In this document: piece after piece, positions 1-8,145 of the stretch
Position numbering within the stretch: position 1 is the stretch's first letter
Layout of the letters: each line of letters starts with the position of its first letter
DNA from: Bacilli bacterium
GTDB taxonomy: Bacteria; Bacillota_I; Bacilli_A; RFN20; CAG-826
DNA: 64,000 nucleotides
Assembly (NCBI GenBank): GCA_041652475.1
Contig: JBAZHG010000003.1
Coordinates: forward strand, 4,656 to 68,655
Reading direction: 5' to 3'
The notes under the pieces: model-generated
Database searches by the model: none
What the model was told of the DNA's origin: nothing
Seen by the model: the letters and a program-made list of their open reading frames with translations, nothing else
Position numbers and translations under genes: made by a program

Positions 1-944
1 AACTTGACCTCGGCCATGACGTTTTCGCGGTTGTAACCGTGGATTTCATGGTAGACGTTGATGACCCCGCCGGCGTTGATGACGAAGTCGGGGGCGTACA
101 AGATCCCGGCTGCGGTCAGCATCGGGCCGTGGATGTCTTCGTCCAAAAGGACGTTATTAGCGGTTCCGGCGACGATTCGGGCTTTGATTTTGGGAATACT
201 GTTATTGTCGAGGACGCCACCAAGGGCGCATGGGCTGAAGACGTCGACGTCAATCCCGTAAATGTCTTCCGGTGGAACGATGACGACCTCGGGATGCTCT
301 TTTTTCATCCGGTCGATGTGTTTGGGATTGATTTCGGCCAGATAGATTTTCTTGGCGCCGGCTTCAATTAGGTAGTTGATCAGGAAATACCCGGTTTGTC
401 CGGCTCCTTGGACGGCAAAACTATACTTGGCGACGTCGTCATCGCCGAATTTGTATTTCAAGGCGGCTTTGATGCCGTAGAAAGCTCCCAGCGCGGTGAT
501 TGGCGAGGGGTTGCCGGATTTGCCTTCCAAACCGACGACATAGTCGGTCTCCATATTGACGAAACTCATGTCTTGGGTCGAGGTGTTGACGTCTTCGGCC
601 GTGATGTAGCGGCCGTTGAGGCTTTGGACGTAACGGCCCAGGGCCCGGAAATAGGCTTCGGATTTGACTTTTGAGGCGTCGCCGATCAAAACGGTTTTCC
701 CGCCACCGAGGTTAAGCCCGGCGGCCGCGGACTTGTAGGTCATGCCCCGCGCCAAGCGCAAGGCGTCCATGACGGCGGCTTCTTCGGATTCGTAATTCCA
801 GATGCGGGTGCCGCCGAGGGCGGGCCCCAACTTCGTGTTGTGGATGGCGGTGATGCCGCGCAATCCGGTAGTCTTGTCGTAAAAATAGACGACCTGCTCA
901 TAATTGTGTTTGGCCATGTACTCAAACACTTTGAAATCGCTCAT
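1..944 (-). CDS. Leucine dehydrogenase-like Glu/Leu/Phe/Val dehydrogenase (C-terminus runs off the left window edge)
   Basis: Absent from the ORF track because it is open at the window edge. My reverse-strand translation starts at the ATG on the complement of 942-944, with AAGGAG upstream. It reads MSDFKVFEYMAKHNYEQVVYFYDKTTGLRGITAIHNTKLGPALGGTRIWNY...AAGLNLGGGKTVLIGD...VQGAGQTG. That is the Bacillus-type LeuDH pattern, including the GGGK catalytic-Lys motif and a GxGxxG motif. Confidence 0.85.
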   Translation of the reverse strand, partial: MSDFKVFEYMAKHNYEQVVYFYDKTTGLRGITAIHNTKLGPALGGTRIWNYESEEAAVMDALRLARGMTYKSAAAGLNLGGGKTVLIGDASKVKSEAYFRALGRYVQSLNGRYITAEDVNTSTQDMSFVNMETDYVVGLEGKSGNPSPITALGAFYGIKAALKYKFGDDDVAKYSFAVQGAGQTGYFLINYLIEAGAKKIYLAEINPKHIDRMKKEHPEVVIVPPEDIYGIDVDVFSPCALGGVLDNNSIPKIKARIVAGTANNVLLDEDIHGPMLTAAGILYAPDFVINAGGVINVYHEIHGYNRENVMAEVK

Positions 945-1172
945 GTCTTTCTCCTTTTGTTAGAAATATCGTAACCATTATACAACAAGGCCAACGCCCA
1001 TTTCCAATGAATGTGGTAGCGGTTACATGCCTTCCCGTCCATCGAAACCCGGTCGTCGGCCTTTTCTTTTCGATAACTCGCGGAAAAAGGCAAAAAACTA
1101 TCAAATTCTTATATTTGCCGACATACGGCTATGATAGTATTAAATTAATACTTAGCAATTGAGGAGAATGCA

Positions 1173-1931
1173 ATGAACAAATCCGATTTCAGCCTTCAGA
1201 ACATAAAAAATAATTTTAAGGCATTGTTCGCTGACAAGAAGCAATTCGTCTTTGAGTGTGTGCGAGTGGGATTGCTTATCTTATTTATGGTTTGGTTATG
1301 GTTGCCCTTTTTCACCTTTAGGGAAACTATTACCAACACGGTTGCCCATTTCGTTTTTAGAACCCATGCTGGATTCTGGCGGTTTTTGACTGTTATTCTA
1401 TTTTTAGCCTGGTTGTTGGGAATCCTTATCCATGAGTTTTTGCTGCTAACGCCATACAAGAAATACAGTATGTTCATCATGTTGGGAATCGGCGGAATCG
1501 AATTCCTATACTTCTTTGTCACATTGATTACATATTGGGTAAATTTGTCTGACGTAAACGACTTGAATATGCCCACTGCGAGCTTGCCTTTGAACATTGG
1601 CTTTTGGTTCATCCTATTGCACATCGCCTTGGTGGCCTTTCTCGCTTTCTTCCCGAAAGTATTCAAATCCATCACCGATAAGATCGTCGATGCGGCGATG
1701 AAACCCAAAGCCCCGAAACCCGTTACGAAAGACGAACCAGCCGTCACCCCGGCCGAAGAACCGAAGCCAGCCGAGGAACCGAAACCGGAACCGGCGGAAG
1801 AACCCAAACCGGAACCGGTCGAAGAAGTGAAACCGGAACCGGTCGAAGAAGTGAAACCGGAACCCTCGGCGGAACCGAAACCCGAAGAAAAGCCGGCGCC
1901 AAAGAAAACCAGCAAACCAAAAACCGAATAA
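1173..1931 (+). CDS. Polytopic membrane protein with a Pro/Glu/Lys-rich repetitive C-terminal tail
   Basis: 252-aa ORF with GAGGAG upstream of the ATG. It has about 4 hydrophobic segments, then an (E/V)EPKPEP repeat tail. A terminator follows. Confidence 0.7.
   Translation: MNKSDFSLQNIKNNFKALFADKKQFVFECVRVGLLILFMVWLWLPFFTFRETITNTVAHFVFRTHAGFWRFLTVILFLAWLLGILIHEFLLLTPYKKYSMFIMLGIGGIEFLYFFVTLITYWVNLSDVNDLNMPTASLPLNIGFWFILLHIALVAFLAFFPKVFKSITDKIVDAAMKPKAPKPVTKDEPAVTPAEEPKPAEEPKPEPAEEPKPEPVEEVKPEPVEEVKPEPSAEPKPEEKPAPKKTSKPKTE
1757..1890 (+). repeat. In-frame tandem repeats encoding PEPxEE(P/V)K units
   Basis: A perfect 24-bp tandem duplication, aaccggaaccggtcgaagaagtga, lies at 1807-1830 and 1831-1854. 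Degenerate copies flank it. Confidence 0.85.
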
Positions 1932-1952
1932 TTATCGGTTGATGCCTAACGC

Positions 1953-1985
1953 AAAACCACATCCCAACTCGATGTGGTTTTTTTC
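1953..1985 (+). terminator. Rho-independent terminator
   Basis: 8-bp stem accacatc/gatgtggt (1956-1963 / 1971-1978) followed by a T-run. Confidence 0.8.
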
Positions 1986-2081
1986 TCGGCTTTTCTCCGA
2001 GAACGATATCATTTCGTTACCACTTCAGGCCGTAAAAAAATGTATTAATGAAGCATCCAATGCCATAGAATATAATAGTCT

Positions 2082-2095
2082 GGCCCTTAAGGGCC
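2082..2095. promoter_or_regulatory. Perfect 14-bp palindrome between the -10 box and the RBS of the oxoamine synthase gene
   Basis: ggcccttaagggcc is its own reverse complement. TATAAT lies at 2071-2076, and GGAGGG plus the ATG at 2106 lie just downstream. Confidence 0.4.
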
Positions 2096-2105
2096 CGGAG
2101 GGACT

Positions 2106-3326
2106 ATGGATATCTTCAAGAAATGCCAGGAATTTGTTACCGTCAACGAAATCAAAAAAATGGGTATCTACCCTTATTTCCACGCGCTGGAAACGCGCCA
2201 AGACATCGAAGTTCAAATGGAGGGCGGTCACAAGATCATGATCGGCTCCAACAACTACCTCGGCTTGACGAGCGACCCTCGGGTGACCGAGGCCGGCATC
2301 GCCGCCTTGCGCGAATTCGGGTCCGGGGTGTCGGGATCGCGGTTTTTAAACGGGACCACGACCTTGCATTTGACGCTTGAAAAGGAATTGGCCGAATTCT
2401 TGCATAAAGAAGCCTGCGTCACTTTTTCAACCGGGTTTCAAACCAACCTTGGAATCATCTCGGCCATCGCCACCCACGGCGACATCATCATCGGCGACCG
2501 CGAAAACCACGCTTCGATTTATGACGGGGCCAAACTCAGCTACGCCCAATTCGTCCGCTATGAGCATAACGACATGGCGGAACTCGAAGAAATATTGTCC
2601 AAAGCCGATCCCAAGAAAGGCAAACTGATCGTCACCGACGGCGTCTTTTCGATGAGCGGCGACATCTGCAACCTGCCGGAAATCGTCAGATTAGCCCGCA
2701 AATACGAAGCCCGGGTCATGGTCGATGACGCCCATGGTTTCGGAGTGCTTGGAGCCTCCGGACGCGGCACCGCCGAATACTATGGTCTCGAAGACCAAGT
2801 CGACATCATCATGGGGACCTTTTCGAAATCGTTGGCCAGCTTGGGCGGCTACATGGTGGCCGACGAAGCCGTCGTCGATTACGTGCGCCACAAATCGCGT
2901 CCCTTTATTTTCTGCGCCGCCATCACCCCGTCGAACGTCGCCTGCGCCCTCGAAGCCCTGCGCATCCTCAAAGCCGAACCCGAACGGCCCCGCGCCTTAT
3001 TAGAAATCGCCGCCTATACGCGAAAACGGTTGTTGGAGAAGGGATTGAAGATTTTGGATCATTCGATTGCCCCCATCATCCCGATTTACACCTATTCGCA
3101 GCTGCGGACCTTGGTCGCCAGCAAAATGCTCTTCGACCGAGGCGTCTATGTCAACCCGGTCTTGCCCCCGGCGGCCCCCGAGGGCCAATGCCTGATCCGG
3201 ACGAGCTACACCGCCACCCATACCAAACAATTGATGGACCGCGCCGTCGCCACCATCGCCGATGTGCTGAACTCGCTTCCAGAAACCGATGAAGAACTAT
3301 TAGGTTTGCTGCATGGACAAAAATAA
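2106..3326 (+). CDS. PLP-dependent alpha-oxoamine synthase, serine-palmitoyltransferase-like (BioF/Kbl/SPT family)
   Basis: 406 aa. Motifs seen: SNNYLGL, GSGVSGSRFLNGT, HASIYDG, the PLP-lysine motif GTFSKSLASLGGY, and RPFIFCAAITPS. The GSGxxGSRxLNGT form resembles SPT more than BioF or Kbl. Confidence 0.8.
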   Translation: MDIFKKCQEFVTVNEIKKMGIYPYFHALETRQDIEVQMEGGHKIMIGSNNYLGLTSDPRVTEAGIAALREFGSGVSGSRFLNGTTTLHLTLEKELAEFLHKEACVTFSTGFQTNLGIISAIATHGDIIIGDRENHASIYDGAKLSYAQFVRYEHNDMAELEEILSKADPKKGKLIVTDGVFSMSGDICNLPEIVRLARKYEARVMVDDAHGFGVLGASGRGTAEYYGLEDQVDIIMGTFSKSLASLGGYMVADEAVVDYVRHKSRPFIFCAAITPSNVACALEALRILKAEPERPRALLEIAAYTRKRLLEKGLKILDHSIAPIIPIYTYSQLRTLVASKMLFDRGVYVNPVLPPAAPEGQCLIRTSYTATHTKQLMDRAVATIADVLNSLPETDEELLGLLHGQK

Positions 3327-4110
3327 GCTCGTAATCTTGATTACCGGAGCCTCTTCGGGCATCGGCCGGGCCACCGCCGAACATTTGACCAAACTTGGTC
3401 ACGAAGTGATCGGTTTGTCGCGCAAAGAACCACGGTCTCCCTATGGTTTCAAGCACCGGTCTTTGGACATATCGATTGAAGCTGATGTCAAAAACACGAT
3501 TGAATCAATCGTTAAGGACCATCATCGGATCGACGGGTTGATCAATTGCGCCGGAATCGGATTAAGCGGCCCCATCGAGCAAACGAACCTCGACCAAGCC
3601 CGCCGCCTGTTTGAAGTCAATCTTTTCGGGGCTTTTGCCATGAGCAAATACTGCTTGCCGCACCTGCGTGAAAGCCATGGTTTCATTTTCAACATCGGCT
3701 CGGTGGCCGGTCCGATCACAATCCCGTTCCAAACCTTTTACTCGATGAGCAAAAGCGCCCTCCAATCGTTCAGCGAAGGTCTACGGATGGAAACGAGGCC
3801 TTGGGGAGTTCGGGTAGTGACGATCCTTCCGGGAGACACCAAAACCGAATTCACCGACCGCCGCGAAAAAATCCCGGAAGACCATTTGTACGGGGCTCGT
3901 TTGGCTCGGTCCATCGCCGTGATGGAACAAGACGAACGCCACGGCAAAAGCCCGATGACGGTCGCCCGCGCCGTCGCCAAATTGATCAAGCGAAAGCATC
4001 CCCCGGTGACGGTCACCGTCGGATTCTCTTATAAAATCCTCGTCTGGCTGAGCCATAGGCTTCCGCGCCGTTGGACGCTCGCTATCATCAATCATATTTA
4101 CGGAAAATGA
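3313..4110 (+). CDS. Short-chain dehydrogenase/reductase (classical SDR)
   Basis: TGASSGIGRAT Rossmann motif and YSMSK catalytic YxxxK. Its start overlaps the upstream stop by 14 nt, indicating translational coupling. Confidence 0.85.
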   Translation: MDKNKLVILITGASSGIGRATAEHLTKLGHEVIGLSRKEPRSPYGFKHRSLDISIEADVKNTIESIVKDHHRIDGLINCAGIGLSGPIEQTNLDQARRLFEVNLFGAFAMSKYCLPHLRESHGFIFNIGSVAGPITIPFQTFYSMSKSALQSFSEGLRMETRPWGVRVVTILPGDTKTEFTDRREKIPEDHLYGARLARSIAVMEQDERHGKSPMTVARAVAKLIKRKHPPVTVTVGFSYKILVWLSHRLPRRWTLAIINHIYGK

Positions 4111-4114
4111 ACCA

Positions 4115-4135
4115 AGCACCCTCGCGGTGCTTTTT
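4115..4135 (+). terminator. Rho-independent terminator
   Basis: agcacc-ctcgc-ggtgct hairpin followed by TTTTT. Confidence 0.65.
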
Positions 4136-4165
4136 AATTGCAAACGAGCATCGAGTGCGCTTAAT

Positions 4166-4185
4166 ATATACCCGTGGGGGTATAT
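4166..4185. promoter_or_regulatory. CsoR operator (perfect 8-4-8 inverted repeat)
   Basis: atataccc-gtgg-gggtatat lies immediately upstream of the csoR ATG. The ATACCC-N4-GGGTAT core is the known CsoR box type. Confidence 0.75.
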
Positions 4186-4186
4186 T

Positions 4187-4465
4187 ATGGAACACACATC
4201 GGCCGTTAAACACATCAAACATCTGGCCACGCCGCGCATTCACCGGATCGTCGGCCAAGTCCAAGGCATCGAACGGATGATCGAAGACGAGAAGAGCTGT
4301 CCCGACATCCTGACGCAAATTAGCGCCATCCGGGCGTCGCTTTTGTCGTTATCGACCTTGCTGCTCGAAAACCACATCAACCACTGCGTCCGCGAGGACA
4401 TCGGAAGCGGTCACTTTGAAAAGATCGAAGAATTGAACACTTTGCTGTCCCGCTTATTGAAGTAA
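4187..4465 (+). CDS. csoR: Copper-sensing repressor CsoR
   Basis: 92 aa counted from MEHTS. Motifs seen: RIVGQVQGIERMIEDEKSCPDILTQISAIRASL and HINHC (the Cys/His/Cys copper ligand set). The 4127 GTG extension would run through the upstream terminator, so I rejected it. Confidence 0.85.
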   Translation: MEHTSAVKHIKHLATPRIHRIVGQVQGIERMIEDEKSCPDILTQISAIRASLLSLSTLLLENHINHCVREDIGSGHFEKIEELNTLLSRLLK

Positions 4466-4469
4466 TCTT

Positions 4470-6638
4470 ATGAGAATCGCCAAAATCAAAATCACCGACA
4501 TGGATTGCGCCATGTGCGCCAAGTCGATCGAAAACGCCTTCGTCGATCAAAAAGGGATCATTGCCGCCAACGTCAACTTGTCGGAAGGGTTTGCCCGCAT
4601 CAAATACGACGAGGAAGCCTGGAACGAAGGCAAATTGAGCGAAAGGATTCGCCAAACCGGTTACACGCCGGTCGCCTTCAAGGAAACGAAGGCCGTCAAT
4701 TGGTATTTGATTCGCATCATCTCGAGCATCGTTTTGTCGCTGCCGCTCCTGTGGACGATGTTCGCCCACATGGGACTCGGTGTCCTCGTGCCCGCTTGGC
4801 TCATGAATCCGTTCGTTCAGTGGGCGCTCGCCACCCCGGTGCAGTTTTGGATCGGGGCCACCTTCTATAAACGGGCCTTTTTCAATCTCAAGAACAAAAC
4901 CATCGGCATGGACGTCCTCGTCGCTTTGGCGACGACGATTGCCTATTTCTATTCCGTGTACGTCATCATCATGAATTTTGACCACATCGTGGCCATGGGC
5001 CACTATGAAGGGCTATTGTATTTCGAAGCGTCCTCGATCATCATCACAATCATCCTCTTGGGTCATTATCTCGAACACAAAGTCAAGCAACGGACCAGCA
5101 AATCGCTTCAAGAACTGATGGAATTGGCGTCCAAGGAAGCCTTGGTGCTCGTCGACGGGCGGGAAATCCTCCGTCCGATCGACATGATCGAACCGGGAGC
5201 CCTTTTATTGGTGCGCAAAGGCGAGAAGATCCCGCTTGACGGATTGATCGAAAACGGCCGCACCGTCATCGACGAATCGATGATCACCGGCGAGAGCCTC
5301 CCGGTCGCCCGCGAGGTTGGCCAAGCCGTCATCGGAGCGACCATGAACCTCGGGTCGACGATCACCGTCAAGGTGACCCATGGGCTCGGCGCCTCGATGC
5401 TCCAAAAGATCGTCGAAGCGGTCGAGGAAGCCCAGGGACGCAAACCCAAGATCCAACGGATCGCCGACTTGATCGCCTCAATCTTCGTCCCGGTCGTCGT
5501 CTTGATCGCCGCCGTCTCGTTCCTCGTCCACATCACCTGGCTCCAGCCGGGCGATTTCAACCAAGCCTTCAGCGCCGCCATCGCCGTCATGGTCATCTCC
5601 TGCCCATGCGCCCTCGGCCTCGCCACTCCAATGAGCATCATGGTCGGGTCGTCATTGTCGGCCCGCCAGGGCATCCTTTTCAAAAACGGGGCCGTGTTCG
5701 AGAAGACGCCGCAAATCACCGCGGTGGCTTTTGACAAAACCGGGACCTTGACCAAAGGTCAACCGGAAGTCACCGACGTGATCGGTCCTGACCTTTCCAT
5801 CCTTGCCAAGATGGAAGTTTCTTCCACCCATCCTCTTTCGAACGCGATTCGGGCTGCCTCCGAAGCCCGCGGGCAAGCATTTGACGAGGAACTGAGCGTT
5901 GGCGAGCTCCCGGGCGCCGGGCTTGAAACAACTTACCAAGGCCGTTTCTACCGGGCGGGGTCGGAAGCCTACGTCAAATCGTTTGCCCCAATCGATCCCG
6001 AGACGCGAAAAGCCATCGATAAATTCCACTCCGAGGGCAAAACCGTGGTTTTATTGGCCATCGACGACCAAGTGTCGACGCTCGTGGCTGTCAAAGACGT
6101 CGTCAAGGAATCGGCCGGTGCGGCCATCGCGCGATTGCATCAAGCCGGCCTTGCCACCTATCTCATCAGCGGCGACCACCCCGACGTAGCCCTGGCCTTG
6201 GCCCGCGAAGTCGGGATCCGTCCCGAACACGTTCGGGCCGGGATGACCCCGTTCGACAAGGCTGAATATATAAGAACGCTCCAAAAACAAAACCAGAAGG
6301 TGGCTTTCATCGGCGACGGCATCAACGACGCCATCGCCCTCCAAGAAGCCGATTTGTCGATGGCAATCGGCCATGGCTCGAGCATTGCCCTTGAAAACAG
6401 CGACGTCGCCTTGCTCCATAGCGACTTAACGGCCATCGTCCATGCTTTGACGATTTCGAAAGCCGTCCTCAAGAACATCAAGCTCGGGTTTTTCTGGGCT
6501 TTCAGCTACAACTTATTCGCGATTCCAATTGCCTTCATGGGCTTATTGTCGCCGGTCGTCGCCGCTTTGGCGATGGTTGTCAGCGACGTAACGGTCATCT
6601 TGAACGCCTTAAGGCTTTATCGCCTCAAACTCAAATAG
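4470..6638 (+). CDS. copA: Copper-translocating P1B-type ATPase
   Basis: N-terminal HMA motif MDCAMCAKS, plus CPCALGLATP, DKTGTLT and GDGINDA. Confidence 0.95.
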   Translation: MRIAKIKITDMDCAMCAKSIENAFVDQKGIIAANVNLSEGFARIKYDEEAWNEGKLSERIRQTGYTPVAFKETKAVNWYLIRIISSIVLSLPLLWTMFAHMGLGVLVPAWLMNPFVQWALATPVQFWIGATFYKRAFFNLKNKTIGMDVLVALATTIAYFYSVYVIIMNFDHIVAMGHYEGLLYFEASSIIITIILLGHYLEHKVKQRTSKSLQELMELASKEALVLVDGREILRPIDMIEPGALLLVRKGEKIPLDGLIENGRTVIDESMITGESLPVAREVGQAVIGATMNLGSTITVKVTHGLGASMLQKIVEAVEEAQGRKPKIQRIADLIASIFVPVVVLIAAVSFLVHITWLQPGDFNQAFSAAIAVMVISCPCALGLATPMSIMVGSSLSARQGILFKNGAVFEKTPQITAVAFDKTGTLTKGQPEVTDVIGPDLSILAKMEVSSTHPLSNAIRAASEARGQAFDEELSVGELPGAGLETTYQGRFYRAGSEAYVKSFAPIDPETRKAIDKFHSEGKTVVLLAIDDQVSTLVAVKDVVKESAGAAIARLHQAGLATYLISGDHPDVALALAREVGIRPEHVRAGMTPFDKAEYIRTLQKQNQKVAFIGDGINDAIALQEADLSMAIGHGSSIALENSDVALLHSDLTAIVHALTISKAVLKNIKLGFFWAFSYNLFAIPIAFMGLLSPVVAALAMVVSDVTVILNALRLYRLKLK

Positions 6639-6647
6639 GAGAGATTC

Positions 6648-6818
6648 ATGGTTTACAAAGTCAAAAACATGTCGTGCTCGCATTGCCTGAGCCGAATCCA
6701 AACCGCGTTGAAAAATAGTAACGTGACGGCCTCGGTCGATTTGGCCACGAAAACGGTCAACTCCGACGACACCCGGGTGCCGGGCATTTTAAAGAACATC
6801 GGCTACGAAGTCGAGTAG
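6648..6818 (+). CDS. copZ: Copper chaperone CopZ (HMA domain, 56 aa; below the ORF-track size cut-off)
   Basis: My translation: MVYKVKNMSCSHCLSRIQTALKNSNVTASVDLATKTVNSDDTRVPGILKNIGYEVE. It has the MxCxxC motif, GGAGAG upstream of the ATG, and lies directly after copA. Confidence 0.85.
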   Translation: MVYKVKNMSCSHCLSRIQTALKNSNVTASVDLATKTVNSDDTRVPGILKNIGYEVE

Positions 6819-6819
6819 A

Positions 6820-8010
6820 TTACCTTCGTTCAAGCACGAACTTGATGAAACGATCCACTTCCTCGAGGGAAGATAGTTTTGCCATGTAATAATAATCGCC
6901 CATCCCGACGCTGATGATCGGCGGGTAGGGACCGTATCGGAAAAGCGAGGTCTCGTAATCCTTCAGCACTTCTTCATGCGAGTGGACGTAGGCGATGCCG
7001 TTGCGGCGGGCCGGGGCGGCCACGAAATGATGGGGATACGCACCCTTGTCCTTGATTTCGCCATAGGCGATCACGTCGGCCCAGGCTTGGTAGAGCGACT
7101 GGCCGCGGGCCGATGAAATCATCTCCGGGGTGAAACCGCCGGCCGGGCGCATGTTGACCTCGAGTCCGAGCAATTCCCCGGCTTTTCCTAGGTGGGGATA
7201 ATCTTTGCCCAAACGGAAGAATTCCAAATGGAAAATGCGGTTTTGGACCCCGAAGGCCTTGATGACGCGGCGGCCATAGTCGGATAAATCGCCGGGCACT
7301 TCCATGACGGTGTAATAGAAGTCGTCGCTCAATTGGTTTACGACGAGGTAATTGGGAATCGGAAAGACGTTGCTGGCCTCATAGACGACGTCGCTTTTGC
7401 CGTCGGCGACTCCATCATACGACACGATCGTGCCTTCAATGAACTCTTCCATGATGTAGGATTCCTCGTGGGGCACGCTCATGAAGCGAAGCAACTCGTC
7501 TTCATTTGCGATTCGATAGGAGTTGTTGGACCCGACCCCGACGTTTGGCTTGACGAAGACCGGATAGCCGACTTTTTCAATGAAGGCGCGACAGCCCGCC
7601 AGGTCGTCGACGATTTGATAACGGGCCGTCGGGACCCCGGCGGCGCGATAATACTCCTTCATCAGCGATTTGGCTTTGTAGCGCATCACGTCGGGATATT
7701 GGATCCCGGTTTTGACGTTGAAATCAACCCGAAGCTTGGCATCGGAAAGGAGCCACCATTCGTTGTGGGATTCGATCCAGTCGATCTTGCCGTATTTGAA
7801 AGAAAAGAAAGCCGCGGCTTTGAACATGGCTTCGTAATCGTTCATGTTCGGGCAGAAGTAGTACTCCTTGAGGCTGGCCTTGACCTCGGGGGCCAATTGG
7901 TCGTAGGGGGTGTCGCCGATGCCTAAAACCGTCAGCCCGTTTTTGGCGAGGGCCAACGCGAATTTATAGTAGGTGCTTGGGAATTGGGGTGAAACCACAA
8001 CGAAGTTCAT
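6820..8010 (-). CDS. ATP-grasp domain protein of unknown substrate
   Basis: Typical ATP-grasp layout: GYPVFVKPNVGVGS, IMEEFIEG, LEVNMRPAGG. The start is taken at MNFVVVSPQF. An alternative TTG at 8040 is possible, and neither start has a clear SD. Confidence 0.7.
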   Translation of the reverse strand: MNFVVVSPQFPSTYYKFALALAKNGLTVLGIGDTPYDQLAPEVKASLKEYYFCPNMNDYEAMFKAAAFFSFKYGKIDWIESHNEWWLLSDAKLRVDFNVKTGIQYPDVMRYKAKSLMKEYYRAAGVPTARYQIVDDLAGCRAFIEKVGYPVFVKPNVGVGSNNSYRIANEDELLRFMSVPHEESYIMEEFIEGTIVSYDGVADGKSDVVYEASNVFPIPNYLVVNQLSDDFYYTVMEVPGDLSDYGRRVIKAFGVQNRIFHLEFFRLGKDYPHLGKAGELLGLEVNMRPAGGFTPEMISSARGQSLYQAWADVIAYGEIKDKGAYPHHFVAAPARRNGIAYVHSHEEVLKDYETSLFRYGPYPPIISVGMGDYYYMAKLSSLEEVDRFIKFVLERR

Positions 8011-8145
8011 AGCAGTAATATTATGATTACATTGTAGCAATTTTCCACAAGAAAGCGGTTTGCCGGGCCTTGACGCCGGTTAAAGGGATGACATAAAGCC
8101 GCTTTATGTTAAAATGTCTTGGTTAAAGAAAAGAGATTGCCAGCC

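Noticed and set aside
1196-1915. 239-aa minus-strand ORF overlapping the repeat-tail membrane gene
   Set aside because: It is the mirror image of the PEPK repeat (GSGF repeats). It has no start context, whereas the plus-strand ORF has an RBS, TM segments and a terminator.
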